Shown in pieces: positions 1-11,104 of a DNA stretch of 64,000 bases. The notes beneath the pieces are model-generated. The model had not been told where the DNA came from. It searched no databases and saw only the letters and a program-made list of their open reading frames with translations. Both the position numbers and the translations under genes were made by a program. Numbering within the stretch: position 1 is the stretch's first letter; every line of letters begins with the position of its first letter. The DNA is from Anthoceros angustus (Eukaryota; Plantae; Anthocerotophyta), in the NCBI GenBank assembly GCA_010909165.1, contig VJWM01000221.1:62001-126000 (forward strand). The letters are read 5' to 3'.

Positions 1-868
1 GGCAAGGGAGACCACCGCCTTGTGAAGATTGCCATGTGAAGATTGCCATGGAGAGGGCCCTTAGAATAGAGATCACCGCCTTGTGAAGATTGCATCCATA
101 GGGCCCTTAGAAGGGCAATGGAGACTTGCCATCTGACTGTTTTTGTGGACCATCTATTATGCACCTTGCAGAATTGCACATCGAGGAAGACCCTGAATCT
201 CGAACCTCCTCACATAGTTTTTAGTAAAATGCAATATATTTTTTTACAAAATAATTAAACCAAAATATGATATGAAATTCCCAATTTGAACTCGATAACT
301 TTGGAGTGAAAATGAAGTATGTGCTACACTGCCTAGTTGTTGTGAAGCTTATAAAATCTCAAATAGCAAAGGGAATCACAATCGTTTTTAGGTGACCTCG
401 AAGATTGGAATCGACTACGGGACGTCGCAAGCACTCCACTCGATCCGTGGTAACAACTATAGTTGTCAACCTAGACCTATAGACCCAGGCATCCTGTTGG
501 AGGAAAAGGAAAATTATCCAGGACGATGAACCAAGCCACGCACGATATTCCGCGCGGTTGCGTGGTTGGAAGGAAGAGCGTGCGCCGCATGGTAGCGTAA
601 TAGGTACAGGCTCAGGCTGACATGCATCCTTAGGGTGGCGGGGTTTCCCATGGTTTTGGCTACAACCATTCGTGGTTCTTGCTCGACTGGCAGGAAGTAG
701 GGCATGGAGTCCCTGTGCAGGCTCGGGGCCTGCTGTGTCGAAGGGAGTATTCTGACAGAGCTGGCTTTGTGGTTATGCTGATGTTTACGGATCATCGCTG
801 CAGGCTATTGTGAAGAGTCATGGCTTGGGAATGAAGCACTCCTGGCTCCTGAAAACCGCGCTTCAAAT

Positions 869-3727
869 ATGGCACAGGCAGGGTGTCTCTTGTGTGCACC
901 GCTGATTGCCAAAACAGTGGATCTGATGCTTCAACAGATGCACCTAGCCAAGTCCAAAGGAGCTCAAGTGGTTGAATTCCGCTTGGACCATATAACAGAC
1001 TTCGATTCGACTCTGGATCTGCGCGCTCTCCTGAATGCAAAAACTCTACCAGCCATTATCACTTACAGGTAGGTGCGGGAACACCGGAAATCGAGGTGCA
1101 GCAAGTTCTCTGGATTTTGAATGTGGTGTTTCAGCGGTCTCTTCAGTGAAGCGAGGCAATGGCGGGTGCAGGCCGAAATGGGAAGGTGGGGAGTATGAAG
1201 GTGAAGAGGCCCCTCGTCAAGCTGCTTTGAGCTTGGCCATCGAGCTTGGAGCTGAATTTGTGGATGTCGAGCTTCAGGTGTTCCTCCCAGACCTTCTGTT
1301 GCTGGCAGAGTGCTTGGTTCTGCCTTCTTGGCTGAAGACCTCCACCCTTCTGTGGTGTTGAGATCCTCTGATCGGAAAAATCTAAAGGGGCACTTGTCAG
1401 TTACACTCAGGTGGCAGCAGAATTTATTGCCAAAACAGAAACGGACCTCCAAGACGAAGATTATCGTGTCAAACCACAACTGGAAGTCCACTCCATCATC
1501 ACAAGAGATTGAGATCTGGTTGCGAAGATACAGGGCACCGGAGCTGATATTGTGAAGTTTGCAACCACGGCAGCCAATATCACGGACGTGGCCAGAGTTT
1601 TGTTAGTTCTTTCCCGTTCTGCTGTAAGCTCCTCAACATTTGCTTCTCCTGCATGTGCCTTTTGTTGACAACAACGGATGGTTGCGCCTTACGGCTGCAC
1701 ATTCTTCCGTGAATTTGCTTGAGTCTCCTTGCAACTGCACAAATTGTTTGTAGGAACTGAAGTGCATTGACTAAGAGGAGGATGGATGGTGCACATTCAG
1801 GGTTCCACTTGCTTGAGTTGGTCTACTGTCAGCATCCACTTGATGGTGTAAACTGTGGAGTTTCATGACTGAAAGGATGTTGAATGTTGTCCTGGCTGCT
1901 TGTGGAAACGTCTTTCTTTCTCAACTTAGGATGAGGTAATGCCTTTATCTGGCATTCATCCTTGTTGGTTCGGTCACAAAAGGTTTTGCTCGGCAATTGA
2001 TCAGATTGGTTGTGATGACAGGTCCCCACTATTGCTCTAGTCATGGGGCCAAAGGAGCTCAAGTGGTTGAATTCCGCTTGGACCATATAACAGACTTCGA
2101 TTCGACTCTGGATCTGCGCGCTCTCCTGAATGCAAAAACTCTACCAGCCATTATCACTTACAGGTAGGTGCGGGAACACCGGAAATCGAGGTGCAGCAAG
2201 TTCTCTGGATTTTGAATGTGGTGTTTCAGCGGTCTCTTCAGTGAAGCGAGGCAATGGCGGGTGCAGGCCGAAATGGGAAGGTGGGGAGTATGAAGGTGAA
2301 GAGGCCCCTCGTCAAGCTGCTTTGAGCTTGGCCATCGAGCTTGGAGCTGAATTTGTGGATGTCGAGCTTCAGGTGTTCCTCCCAGACCTTCTGTTGCTGG
2401 CAGAGTGCTTGGTTCTGCCTTCTTGGCTGAAGACCTCCACCCTTCTGTGGTGTTGAGATCCTCTGATCGGAAAAATCTAAAGGGGGCACTTGTCGGTTAC
2501 ACTCAGGTGGCAGCAGAATTTATTGCCAAACAGAAACGGACCTCCAAGACGAAGATTATCGTGTCAAACCACAACTGGAAGTCCACTCCATCATCACAAG
2601 AGATTGGAGATCTGGTTGCGAAGATACAGGGCACCGGAGCTGATATTGTGAAGTTTGCAACCACGGCAGCCAATATCACGGACGTGGCCAGAGTTTTGTT
2701 AGTTCTTTCCCGTTCTGCTGTAAGCTCCTCAACATTTGCTTCTCCTGCATGTGCCTTTTTGTTGACAACAACGGATGGTTGCGCCTTACGGCTGCACATT
2801 CTTCCCGTGAATTTGCTTGAGTCTCCTTGCAACTGCACAAATTGTTTGTAGGAACTGAAGTGCATTGACTAAGAGGAGGATGGATGGTGCACATTCGGGG
2901 TTCCACTTGCTTGAGTTGGTCTACTGTCAGCATCCACTTGATGGTGTAAACTGTGGAGTTTCATGACTGAAAGGATGTTGAATGTTGTCCTGGCTGCTTG
3001 TGGAAACGTCTTTCTTTCTCAACTTAGGATGAGGTAATGCCTTTATCTGGCATTCATCCTTGTTGGTTCGGTCACAAAAGGTTTTGCTCGGCAATTGATC
3101 AGATTGGTTGTGATGACAGGTCCCCACTATTGCTCTAGTCATGGGGCCAAAGGGAGTGACAAGCAGGATACCAAAATTTCAAGGTTATTTAACGTTTGGT
3201 TCTCTTGGCGCCGGCTTAGAGTCCGCTCCAGGGCAACCTACTTTGCAGGAGCTTTTGAACTTGTACAGACGAGGGAGGATGACACACAGTGCGAAAGTCC
3301 ATGGCATGGTTGGAAATCCTGTCGGCCACAGCAAATCTCCTGTTATCCGCAATGCAGCCTTTGCAGAGACCGGAATTGATGCAGTTTATTTGCCATTTTT
3401 AGTGGACGAGCTGTCTGAGTTTCTCCGGGAGTTTTCTGTGTCAAACTTTGCAGGTTTTAGGTGAGCTTGAAATTTGAAGAGCACAAATTACCTTGAATTG
3501 AAGATGTTCCTTGATTTTTGGCTAATCCAAATTGTTACGCAGTGTGACAGTCCCGCAGAAGAAGGCGGCCCTTAGGTGCCGTGATGAAATTGATTCCGTC
3601 TCGAAGGTCCTGCGCTGTTTTCCTGTTTTTATCTTTGGGTACAGCCCGAAATGATACGCGTTGAGTTGCTTCCAGTTTTTGTCCCCGAGAGTCCAGCTGA
3701 CGGGCATCACGGTGTACAGGCCAATGA
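869..3727 (+). pseudogene. Truncated, internally duplicated paralog of bifunctional 3-dehydroquinate dehydratase/shikimate dehydrogenase (exons 1-5 only)
   Basis: ATG at 869 (MAQAGCLLCAPL..VEFRLDHI, GRCRPKWEGGEYEG, NHNW, KFATTA). Exon/intron structure matches the intact copy at 21854-24591 but with many substitutions. Similarity stops at ~3727 at the start of exon 6. 954-2048 is tandemly repeated as 2049-3146. 1-bp indels break the first repeat copy. Confidence 0.85.
954..3146 (+). repeat. Tandem duplication of ~1.1 kb (954-2048 / 2049-3146)
   Basis: Near-identical copies. Junction at 2049-2055 CCAAAGG, a 7-bp microhomology shared by exon 1 (954-960) and exon 4 (3147-3153). Confidence 0.9.
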
Positions 3728-3917
3728 ATGCACCGAGGAGGAACGCCGGGCACTGAGAGGAAGCCGCTTTGCTTCTCGGCACACCCCGTCTCTCGAGCAT
3801 AACACTAGAAGGTAGGCTCCGACGTGTTTGTCACGCTTTTGGGCACGTTGCACGTTTTAACCCTTCTTGTGGACTGCCCTGTGTGTTCCTCGCAGAATTG
3901 CGCATCCAGGAGGACCG

Positions 3918-4414
3918 ATGACCACAAACAAGGCAGCTGCTTTAGCGAAATTCTTGGAGAGGAAGCTTCAGCAGCCTGGTGGCGTAGCCTCCCTGGACTT
4001 AAACCTGGTGGAGCGCGCAATAGACAGTGCTAAGAATGTGTCAAGAGGTAAAGATGTTTTTTTCAAACATTTTGCTGGAGCAGTTCTAAGTCTCTTGTCT
4101 TCGCTGCTCTCAACCCGGTTGCCAATAGGTTCTTCTGCATCTGCTGTCCCAATTCGGCACGTCAGCTGTTTCTCAGACTCCGATTCAGTGGTGAGATTTT
4201 CCTTGAGAAAGCAAGCAGCATACTTGCAGCCAAATATCCAGGGCGCTATCAGCTGATAATCACGGTGGCTGTGCAGGAGGTTCCCGCCAAGAAGGAACTT
4301 GGAAATGTTAGGAAGGGAGACAAAAGGAAATCCAAGTCCTCAAAGAAGAAGGCCCACAACGAAGCAAATAGGCAAGGAACAAATGGAAAAACAAAACGCG
4401 GGAGGGATGAGTAA
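3918..4414 (+). CDS. Small 3-exon uncharacterised protein with Lys-rich C-terminus (MTTNKAAALAKFLERKLQQPGG...IRHVSCFSDSDS...KKQKRGRDE)
   Basis: ATG 3918; donor GTAAAG after AAGAG; exon 2 GSSASAVPIRHVSCFSDSDSV; donor GTGAG; acceptor ATCAG. Last exon is intact in the second copy (ORF 7440-7886) but has homopolymer deletions here. Confidence 0.55.
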
Positions 4415-4712
4415 TATGGTTTTGGCGCTCTCCGTGAAATTGGGATCTTCATGTAATATGTGTTTGTACATAATTATCTTGATCATTTTATGGGAAGATG
4501 AGGTGATTCGAAGAATCTGCTTTCTTTAAGTTCAAGGGATTTGGCCTTCAATCCTAAAGCGAGATTCATCCACCGCTAACTCCTTATTCATTTACCTACA
4601 TAATTCCAGTACCGGTAGTACTTTTAATTGTTACTGTTTATAAGATCAGTTACTGCATTTTATAATATCTACCAGAAAAACGGCTCGGGTATTCCTACTA
4701 GGCACTGGCCTA

Positions 4713-5003
4713 GTCTCAATCTCAGAAGCAATCAATGCTTCGCACGTGTAAAATTCGCTCGTGTAAAATCTGGCATGGCATGCCATGCCTTGCCCATCAC
4801 GATTCTCTCTCATCATGCTATATGTACTTTAAACACAACACCATGTACCGGTCCATACAGGGATGTCACTGCCATATTTTGCCCAGCACGGCACAACCCC
4901 AGTATGCGCACCCACACCACAACGAGGTTGAGATGTAAACCAACCATGCTTGATTTTAGAACCGTGCGCGACGAGTATGAACTAAGCGCGGGGTGTTTTA
5001 AAC
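4713..5003 (+). mobile_element. Left terminal inverted repeat of MULE-like element (duplicated copy)
   Basis: Reverse complement of 21130-21395 (e.g. AAGCAATCAATGCTTCGC, CAACCCCAGTATGCGCACCCACACCA, GTTGAGATGTAAACCAACCATGCTTGATTTTAGAA). Confidence 0.75.
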
Positions 5004-7506
5004 TAAAGACGGAAGGCAGGAGCGATCTGCCTCCGTGAAGCGGAAGCGAGGAGGGAGGCGGGGGGAGGAGGGAGGCGCGGGCGAGGAGGGAGGCGCGTGT
5101 CAGAGTGCATAGCGCTCATGACAAGGGGCCATGTGCCATGCTAATCAAGACGAAATTGCACTCACAACCCTGATTAAGACAAATCGTATTACCGGGCTAA
5201 CAAAACGACAGTGCCGACAGCAAAATGGGAATCGTCCTTATCTAGACACAAACCCGTCACTGTCCCTTTGCCAAAGCTTCCGTACAGAAGAACCCTTTGG
5301 GATCCGTATGGCTGCTCAGTCGAACAAACATCAGCAATCCGGTTTTTCTTCGTGACCTATGCCCCCTTTTATCTACCTCACTTTTCGGCGTTCTTCTTTG
5401 AATCGCGGGCGCCCGCGCCGGGCGCGTGGCCTTCAATCGAAATCGTGCATTATTGCCCTGCCGGCGTTTGGGCAATAATGCGCCGTGACTCCTGATCGAT
5501 TCGTTCCCTTGATGCCCATTGTCTTCTCACACCATTCACATACCATGCCGACCATGCGCATGGTGCACATACATGCTCACGGAACACATACCATGCCGAC
5601 CATGCGCATGGTGCACATACACATTAATCCCGGACATCTGTAGATGCTCCACGCCCGTGTCATGGCGGTCGTAGCGGTGGCAACATAAGCGCTCATGACA
5701 AGGGGCCATGTGCCATGCTAATCAAGATGAAATTGCACTCACAACCACGATTAAGACAAATCGTATTACGGGCTAACAAAGCAGCGGTCTGGCCCCAGCA
5801 AAAGGCGGTCACGGTATTCTGCTTTTGGGCGGCGCACAGCATTCAAATCCATAGAACCTACGATAAAATCTTGAAACATGCTATCGCGTGGCGGGGTTGA
5901 GAAGGTCGCTCATGCTGCATGACCCATGGCCAACAAAGCGGCCACCCGCCTTTCTTGAGATCAAAGTACTCGTCCACATGCCTTTCCCGGTGCTTCTCTC
6001 TAGCTCGATGGCGAGCCATCAGTTCCTCTTCTTACGTCCATCGAGCTCGTTTTACCACAGCAGGCACGGTCCATTCAACCCATTCACGTAGTATTGTTTT
6101 CAATACTGACGCATGATCCAACATTGTTATTTAACAAGTACCGGCATTGATCGGTTCATCCCATTCCGAATCCACTGTCGTAGACATGTAAGCGGTAGAT
6201 AAAAGGCCCTTGGGTAGCCAATGGCATCTGCCCGCTTTCTCCGATGCAAGTGGGTGAGCCACACTTTCAAGCTATAAATCGGGAGGTTTCTCTGTTGTTG
6301 TAAACGAAATCCTTCTTGAGGCGGTGATCAAAACACGGTGCATGAAGAGGTGATGCTCCAACTTTGGCAGCTCCCTCACGATGGCGGGTCGGACAAATGT
6401 TTGTCTATTCATACCTCGCAAGCTCAAACAAATCCACAGTGATCATACGGGAAGTTCTCGATGTTACATGTCTCATGATGAGACTCCACATATAGCAAAA
6501 AACGCTTGTAGCTCAAGAATGTTTACGGCCTCTCTGGTTTTCAGGATTGTATTTGCGGACCAAAGGAACCCGCCACTTGTCCTCCCAAGGACATTGAAAT
6601 TGAGGAACACTATCTTTGCGATCTTGACGAGTTTTGCAGTGTAATCCGCCTCTGGATCCATAACAAGCCAACTATCCTTAGAAGGTAGGATTGACTTGCA
6701 TCGACCCCAAACCTAGCGGACCGACTCAGCAAAGCGTGCCCCTCTTGGCAATCGGTGACACCACCGCATGAGTCAATTTCCCTTAGCATTGCAAAGCAAG
6801 CGGACCACGCTATGCGGCAATGAATGTCGGTGAGCTTCGATTACCATGGCGCCTTAACAACTCTTCACTGTGGAAACCTCCACGCTCTCACCGTTAGCTA
6901 GGCCTTCGATGGTCACGGTCTGATCGCAGATCGCACGCGGATCGCCTTGTCGCAACGCACCAATCGATGCTTGCGCGCCTTTACCCCCGCTAGCTTCGCT
7001 CCTTGCGGGATCGGTGGATGCGCCTTGTTGGTACGGCAATCCCTACAGTTGTGCAATCCTCAGTTGGGCTTTTGACCGGCCGTCGGTGCTTCTTCGTCCC
7101 CAAGACCTCTTTTTGCCACTCCACTTGTCCACCGCCACACCCACGGCGACCCACTTTAGACAAGGGCTGGTTCTTCAACAAATCTCACATCTCCCTCGTG
7201 TCATCCGCTTGATCACCCTTCACTCTCCACAGCGCGTTTGTTGCCAGACAACGACGGCCGGGCTTTGTGGGTAACCCTAATTTCTTGTGGCGGGCGACTC
7301 TCGGGCGGGTGACATCTGAGCTCCCCAGAGTGCAGCAGAAAACCGATGGCAAAACCAATCTCCATCCGGAATCTCTTTGAGCGGTGGGCGCAAACAAAAG
7401 ATGTGATACCGTTACTGTCAGTAGGAGCATTCGGGATGCGTGATGTGGCCACAAGAACCGCATAAGGTAGGTCAGCTGGTGGCCTCCACGCTTGTGGTTG
7501 CGTCCT

Positions 7507-7886
7507 TGTGTCAAGAGGTAAAGATGTTTTTTCAAACATTTTGCTGGAGCAGTTCTAAGTCTCTTGTCTTCGCTGCTCTCAACCCGGTTGCCAATAGGTT
7601 CTTCTGCATCTGCTGTCCCAATTCGGCACGTCAGCTGTTTCTCAGACTCCGATTCAGTGGTGAGATTTTCCTTGAGAAAGCAAGCAGCATACTTGCAGCC
7701 AAATATCCAGGGCGCTATCAGCTGATAATCACGGTGGCTGTGCAGGAGGTTCCCGCCAAGAAGGAACTTGGAAATGTTAGGAAGGGAGACAAAAGGAAAT
7801 CCAAGTCCTCAAAGAAGAAGGCCCACAACGAAGCAAATAGGCAAGGGAACAAATGGAAAAAACAAAAACGCGGGAGGGATGAGTAA
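7507..7886 (+). pseudogene. 5'-less duplicate of the small Lys-rich gene
   Basis: Starts at the duplication junction, lacks exon 1 ATG, ends ...KKQKRGRDE* at 7886. Confidence 0.6.
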
Positions 7887-9121
7887 TATGGTTTTGGCGC
7901 TCTCCGTGAAATTGGGATCTTCATGTAATATGTGTTTGTACATAATTATCTTGATCATTTTATGGGAAGATGAGGTGATTCGAAGAATCTGCTTTCTTTA
8001 AGTTCAAGGGATTTGGCCTTCAATCCTAAAGCGAGATTCATCCACCGCTAACTCCTTATTCATTTACCTACATAATTCCAGTACCGGTAGTACTTTTAAT
8101 TGTTACTGTTTATAAGATCAGTTACTGCATTTTATAATATCTACCAGAAAAACGGCTCGGTATTCCTACTAGGCACTGGCCTAGTCTCAATCTCAGAAGC
8201 AATCAATGCTTCGCACGTAAAATTCGCTCGTGTAAAATCTGGCATGGCATGCCATGCCTTGCCCATCACGATTCTCTCTCATCATGCTATATGTACTTTA
8301 AACACAACACCATGTACCGGTCCATACAGGGATGTCACTGCCATATTTTGCCCAGCACGGCACAACCCCAGTATGCGCACCCACACCACAACGAGGTTGA
8401 GATGTAAACCAACCATGCTTGATTTTAGAACCGTGCGCGACGAGTATGAACTAAGCGCGGGTGTTTTAAACTAAGCCAGCGGAAGGGAGCGTCGCCTCCG
8501 TGGGCGGAAGCGAGGAGGGAGGCGCGGGCGGGAGGGAGGGCGCGGGCGGGAGGGCGCGGGCGGGAGGGCGCGTGTCAGCGGTGGCAGGCGCTCATGACAG
8601 GGGCCATGTGCCATGCTAATCAAGGCAATTGCACTCACAACCACAGTTAAGACAAATCGTATTACGGGCTAACAAAGCAGCATACTTGCAGCCAAAATGG
8701 GAATCGTCCTTATCTAGACACAACCCGTCGCTGTCCCTTTACCAAAGCTTCGCAGAAGAACCCTTTGGGATCCGTATGGCTCAATCGAACAAACATCGGC
8801 AATCCGGTTTCTTCGTGACCTATGCCCCTTTTATCTACCTCACTTTTCGGCGTTCTTGCTGAATCGCGGGCGCCCGCGCCGGGCGCGTGGCCTTCAATCG
8901 AAATCGTGCATTATTGCCCTGCCGGCGTTTGGGCAATAATGCGCCGTGACTCACAATCGATTCGTTCCCTTGATGCCTTGTCTTCTCACACCATTCACAC
9001 ATACCACATATCGCACATGACATACATGCTCACGGGGACACATACCATACCGACCATGCGCATGGTGCACATACACATTAATCCCGGACATCCAGATGCT
9101 CCACGCGTATGCGGCAATGAA

Positions 9122-11088
9122 TGTCGCGGTGGCATAGCGCTCATGACAAGGGGCCATGTGCCATGCTAATCAAGGCAATTGCACTCACAACCACGATTAA
9201 GACAAATCGTATTACGGGCTAACAAAGCAGCGGTCTGGCGGCAAGAGCGGTCCACGGTATTCCTGCTTTTGGGCGCACTTTGGCATTCAAATCCATAGAA
9301 CCTACGATAAAATCTTCGAAACATGCTATCGCGTAACTGGGGTTCAGAAGGTCGCTCATGCTCTGTGCGACCCATGGCCAACAAGGCGGCCACCCGCCTT
9401 TCTTCAGGATCAAAGTACTCGTCCACCTGTGCCTTTCCCAATCGCTGCTTCTCTCTAGCTCGATGACGAGCCATCAGTTCCTCTTCTTCGTCACTGTCGA
9501 GCTCCGTTTTTACCCTGGCAAGACCTGGTCCATTCAACCCATTCACGTAGTATTGTTTTTCAATACACTGAGCACGCAAGTAATCGCCAACATTGTTATT
9601 CAACAAGTACCAGCATTCAGAAGTCGGTTCATCCCATTCCGAATCCACGTGGTAGACATGTAAGCGGTAGATAAAAGGCCCTTGGGTAGCCAATGGCATC
9701 TGCCCGCTTTCTCCGATGCAAGTGGGTGAGCCACAAAATGCGCCAAATCGGCGGTTTCTCTGTTGTTGTAAACGAAATCCTTCTTGAGGCGGTGATCAAA
9801 ACACGGTGCATGAAGAGGTGATGCTCCAACTTTCAAACGCTCCTCACGATGGCGGGTCGGACAAATGTTTGTCTATTCATACCTCGCCCTGCAAGCTCAA
9901 ACAAATCCCTGTGATCATACGGGAAGTTCTCGATGTTACATGTCTCATGATGAGACTCCACATATAGCAAAAACGCTTGTAGCTCTAAGAATGTTTCTGG
10001 CCTCTCTGGTTTTCCTGGATTGTATTTGCGGACCAAAGGAACCCGCCACTTGTCCTCCCAAGGACATTCAGGAAATTGAGGAACACTATCTTTGCGATCT
10101 TGAGCGGTTTTGCGAGTGTAATCCGCCTCTGGATCCATAACAAGCCAACTATCCTTACGAAGGTAGGTGATTCTGACTTGCATCGACCCCAAACCTAGCG
10201 GACCGACTCCACAAGAGCGTGCCCCTCTTGGCAATCGGTGACACCATGCATGAGTCAATTTCCCTTAGCAGCTGCAAAGCAAACGAACCACGCTATGCAG
10301 CAATGAATGTCAGCAGCGCTTTCAGTGCACCATGGCGCCTTAACAACTCTTCACCTGTCGGAAACCTCCCACGCTCTCACCGTTAGCTAGGCCTTCAGCA
10401 CCTTGGCGTCCGCATCTGATGCCAAGATGCACGCGGACACATTGTCACGGCGCACCAATCGATGCTTGCGCGCCTTTACCCCCGCTAGCTTGCGCTCCTT
10501 GAGATCGGTGGATGCGCCTTGTTGGCAGCTACGGCAATCCCTTACAGTCGTGCAATCCTCAGATTGGGTTTTGACCGGCCGTCAGTGCTTCTTCGTCCCC
10601 AAGACCTTTTTGCCACTCCACCGCACTTGTCCCTTTACCATCGGCCACACCCGTCACGGCCCGAGACCCCACTTTAGACAAGGAGCCTGGTTCTTCAACA
10701 AATCTCACACTCTCCCTCGTGTCATCCGCTTGATCACCCTTCACTCTCCACAGCGCGTTTGTTGCCGGACAACGGCCGGGCTTTTGTGGGTAACCCTAAT
10801 TTCTTGTGGCGGGCCGACTCGGGCGGGTGACATCTGAGCTCCCGGCAATGTGAAGGCACCGATGGCAAAACCAATCTCCATCCGGAATCTCTTTGAGCGG
10901 TGGGCGCAAACAAAAGATGTGATACCCACTGCTGGTCACGGAGGAGCATTAGTTCGGGATGCGTGATGTGGCCACAAGAACCGCAAGGTAGGTCAGCGGT
11001 GGCCTCCACGCTTGTGGTTGCGTCCTTGTGTCAAGGTTGGGTAGGTGACAAGGCGCGGATGCGCATGTGCTCTTTGCATCGGCGACCA
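9122..11088 (-). repeat. Candidate ~2-kb 3' LTR of the Gypsy element (partial second copy ~5658-7506)
   Basis: Follows the PPT. Imperfect inverted termini: TGTCGCGG at 9122 and GGCGACCA ending 11088. The first 8 bp recur at 17826, at the expected 5' LTR position. Confidence 0.5.
9166..10350 (-). pseudogene. Frameshifted ORF of unknown function inside the candidate LTR
   Basis: Overlapping ORFs 9833-10258, 9600-9836 and 9166-9699 join by 1-bp shifts into one protein-like frame (WEDKWRVPLVRKYNP..LYVESHHETCNIENFPYDHRD..LHAPCFDHRLKKDF..WDEPTSECWYLL..ELDSDEEEEL). A matching degraded copy lies at ~5730-6860. The 5' end is uncertain. Confidence 0.45.
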
Positions 11089-11104
11089 TCCCCCCTCAAT
11101 TCAA

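Larger units (their letters stand above)
4037..11035 (+). repeat. Tandem duplication of ~3.5 kb (4037-7506 / 7507-11026)
   Basis: Collinear copies differing mostly by indels. Junction microhomology TGTGTCAAG at 4037-4045, 7507-7515 and 11027-11035. Confidence 0.9.

Noticed and set aside
1-120. Short repeats GTGAAGATTGCCAT and CCGCCTTGTGAAGATTGC
   Set aside because: Window-edge fragment with too little context to classify.
8673-8694. ~20-bp match (AAGCAGCATACTTGCAGCCAAA) between the LTR-tip/leader junction and intron 2 of the small gene
   Set aside because: Absent from the other duplicate copy (~5200-5220); more likely a polishing or consensus artefact than captured filler DNA.
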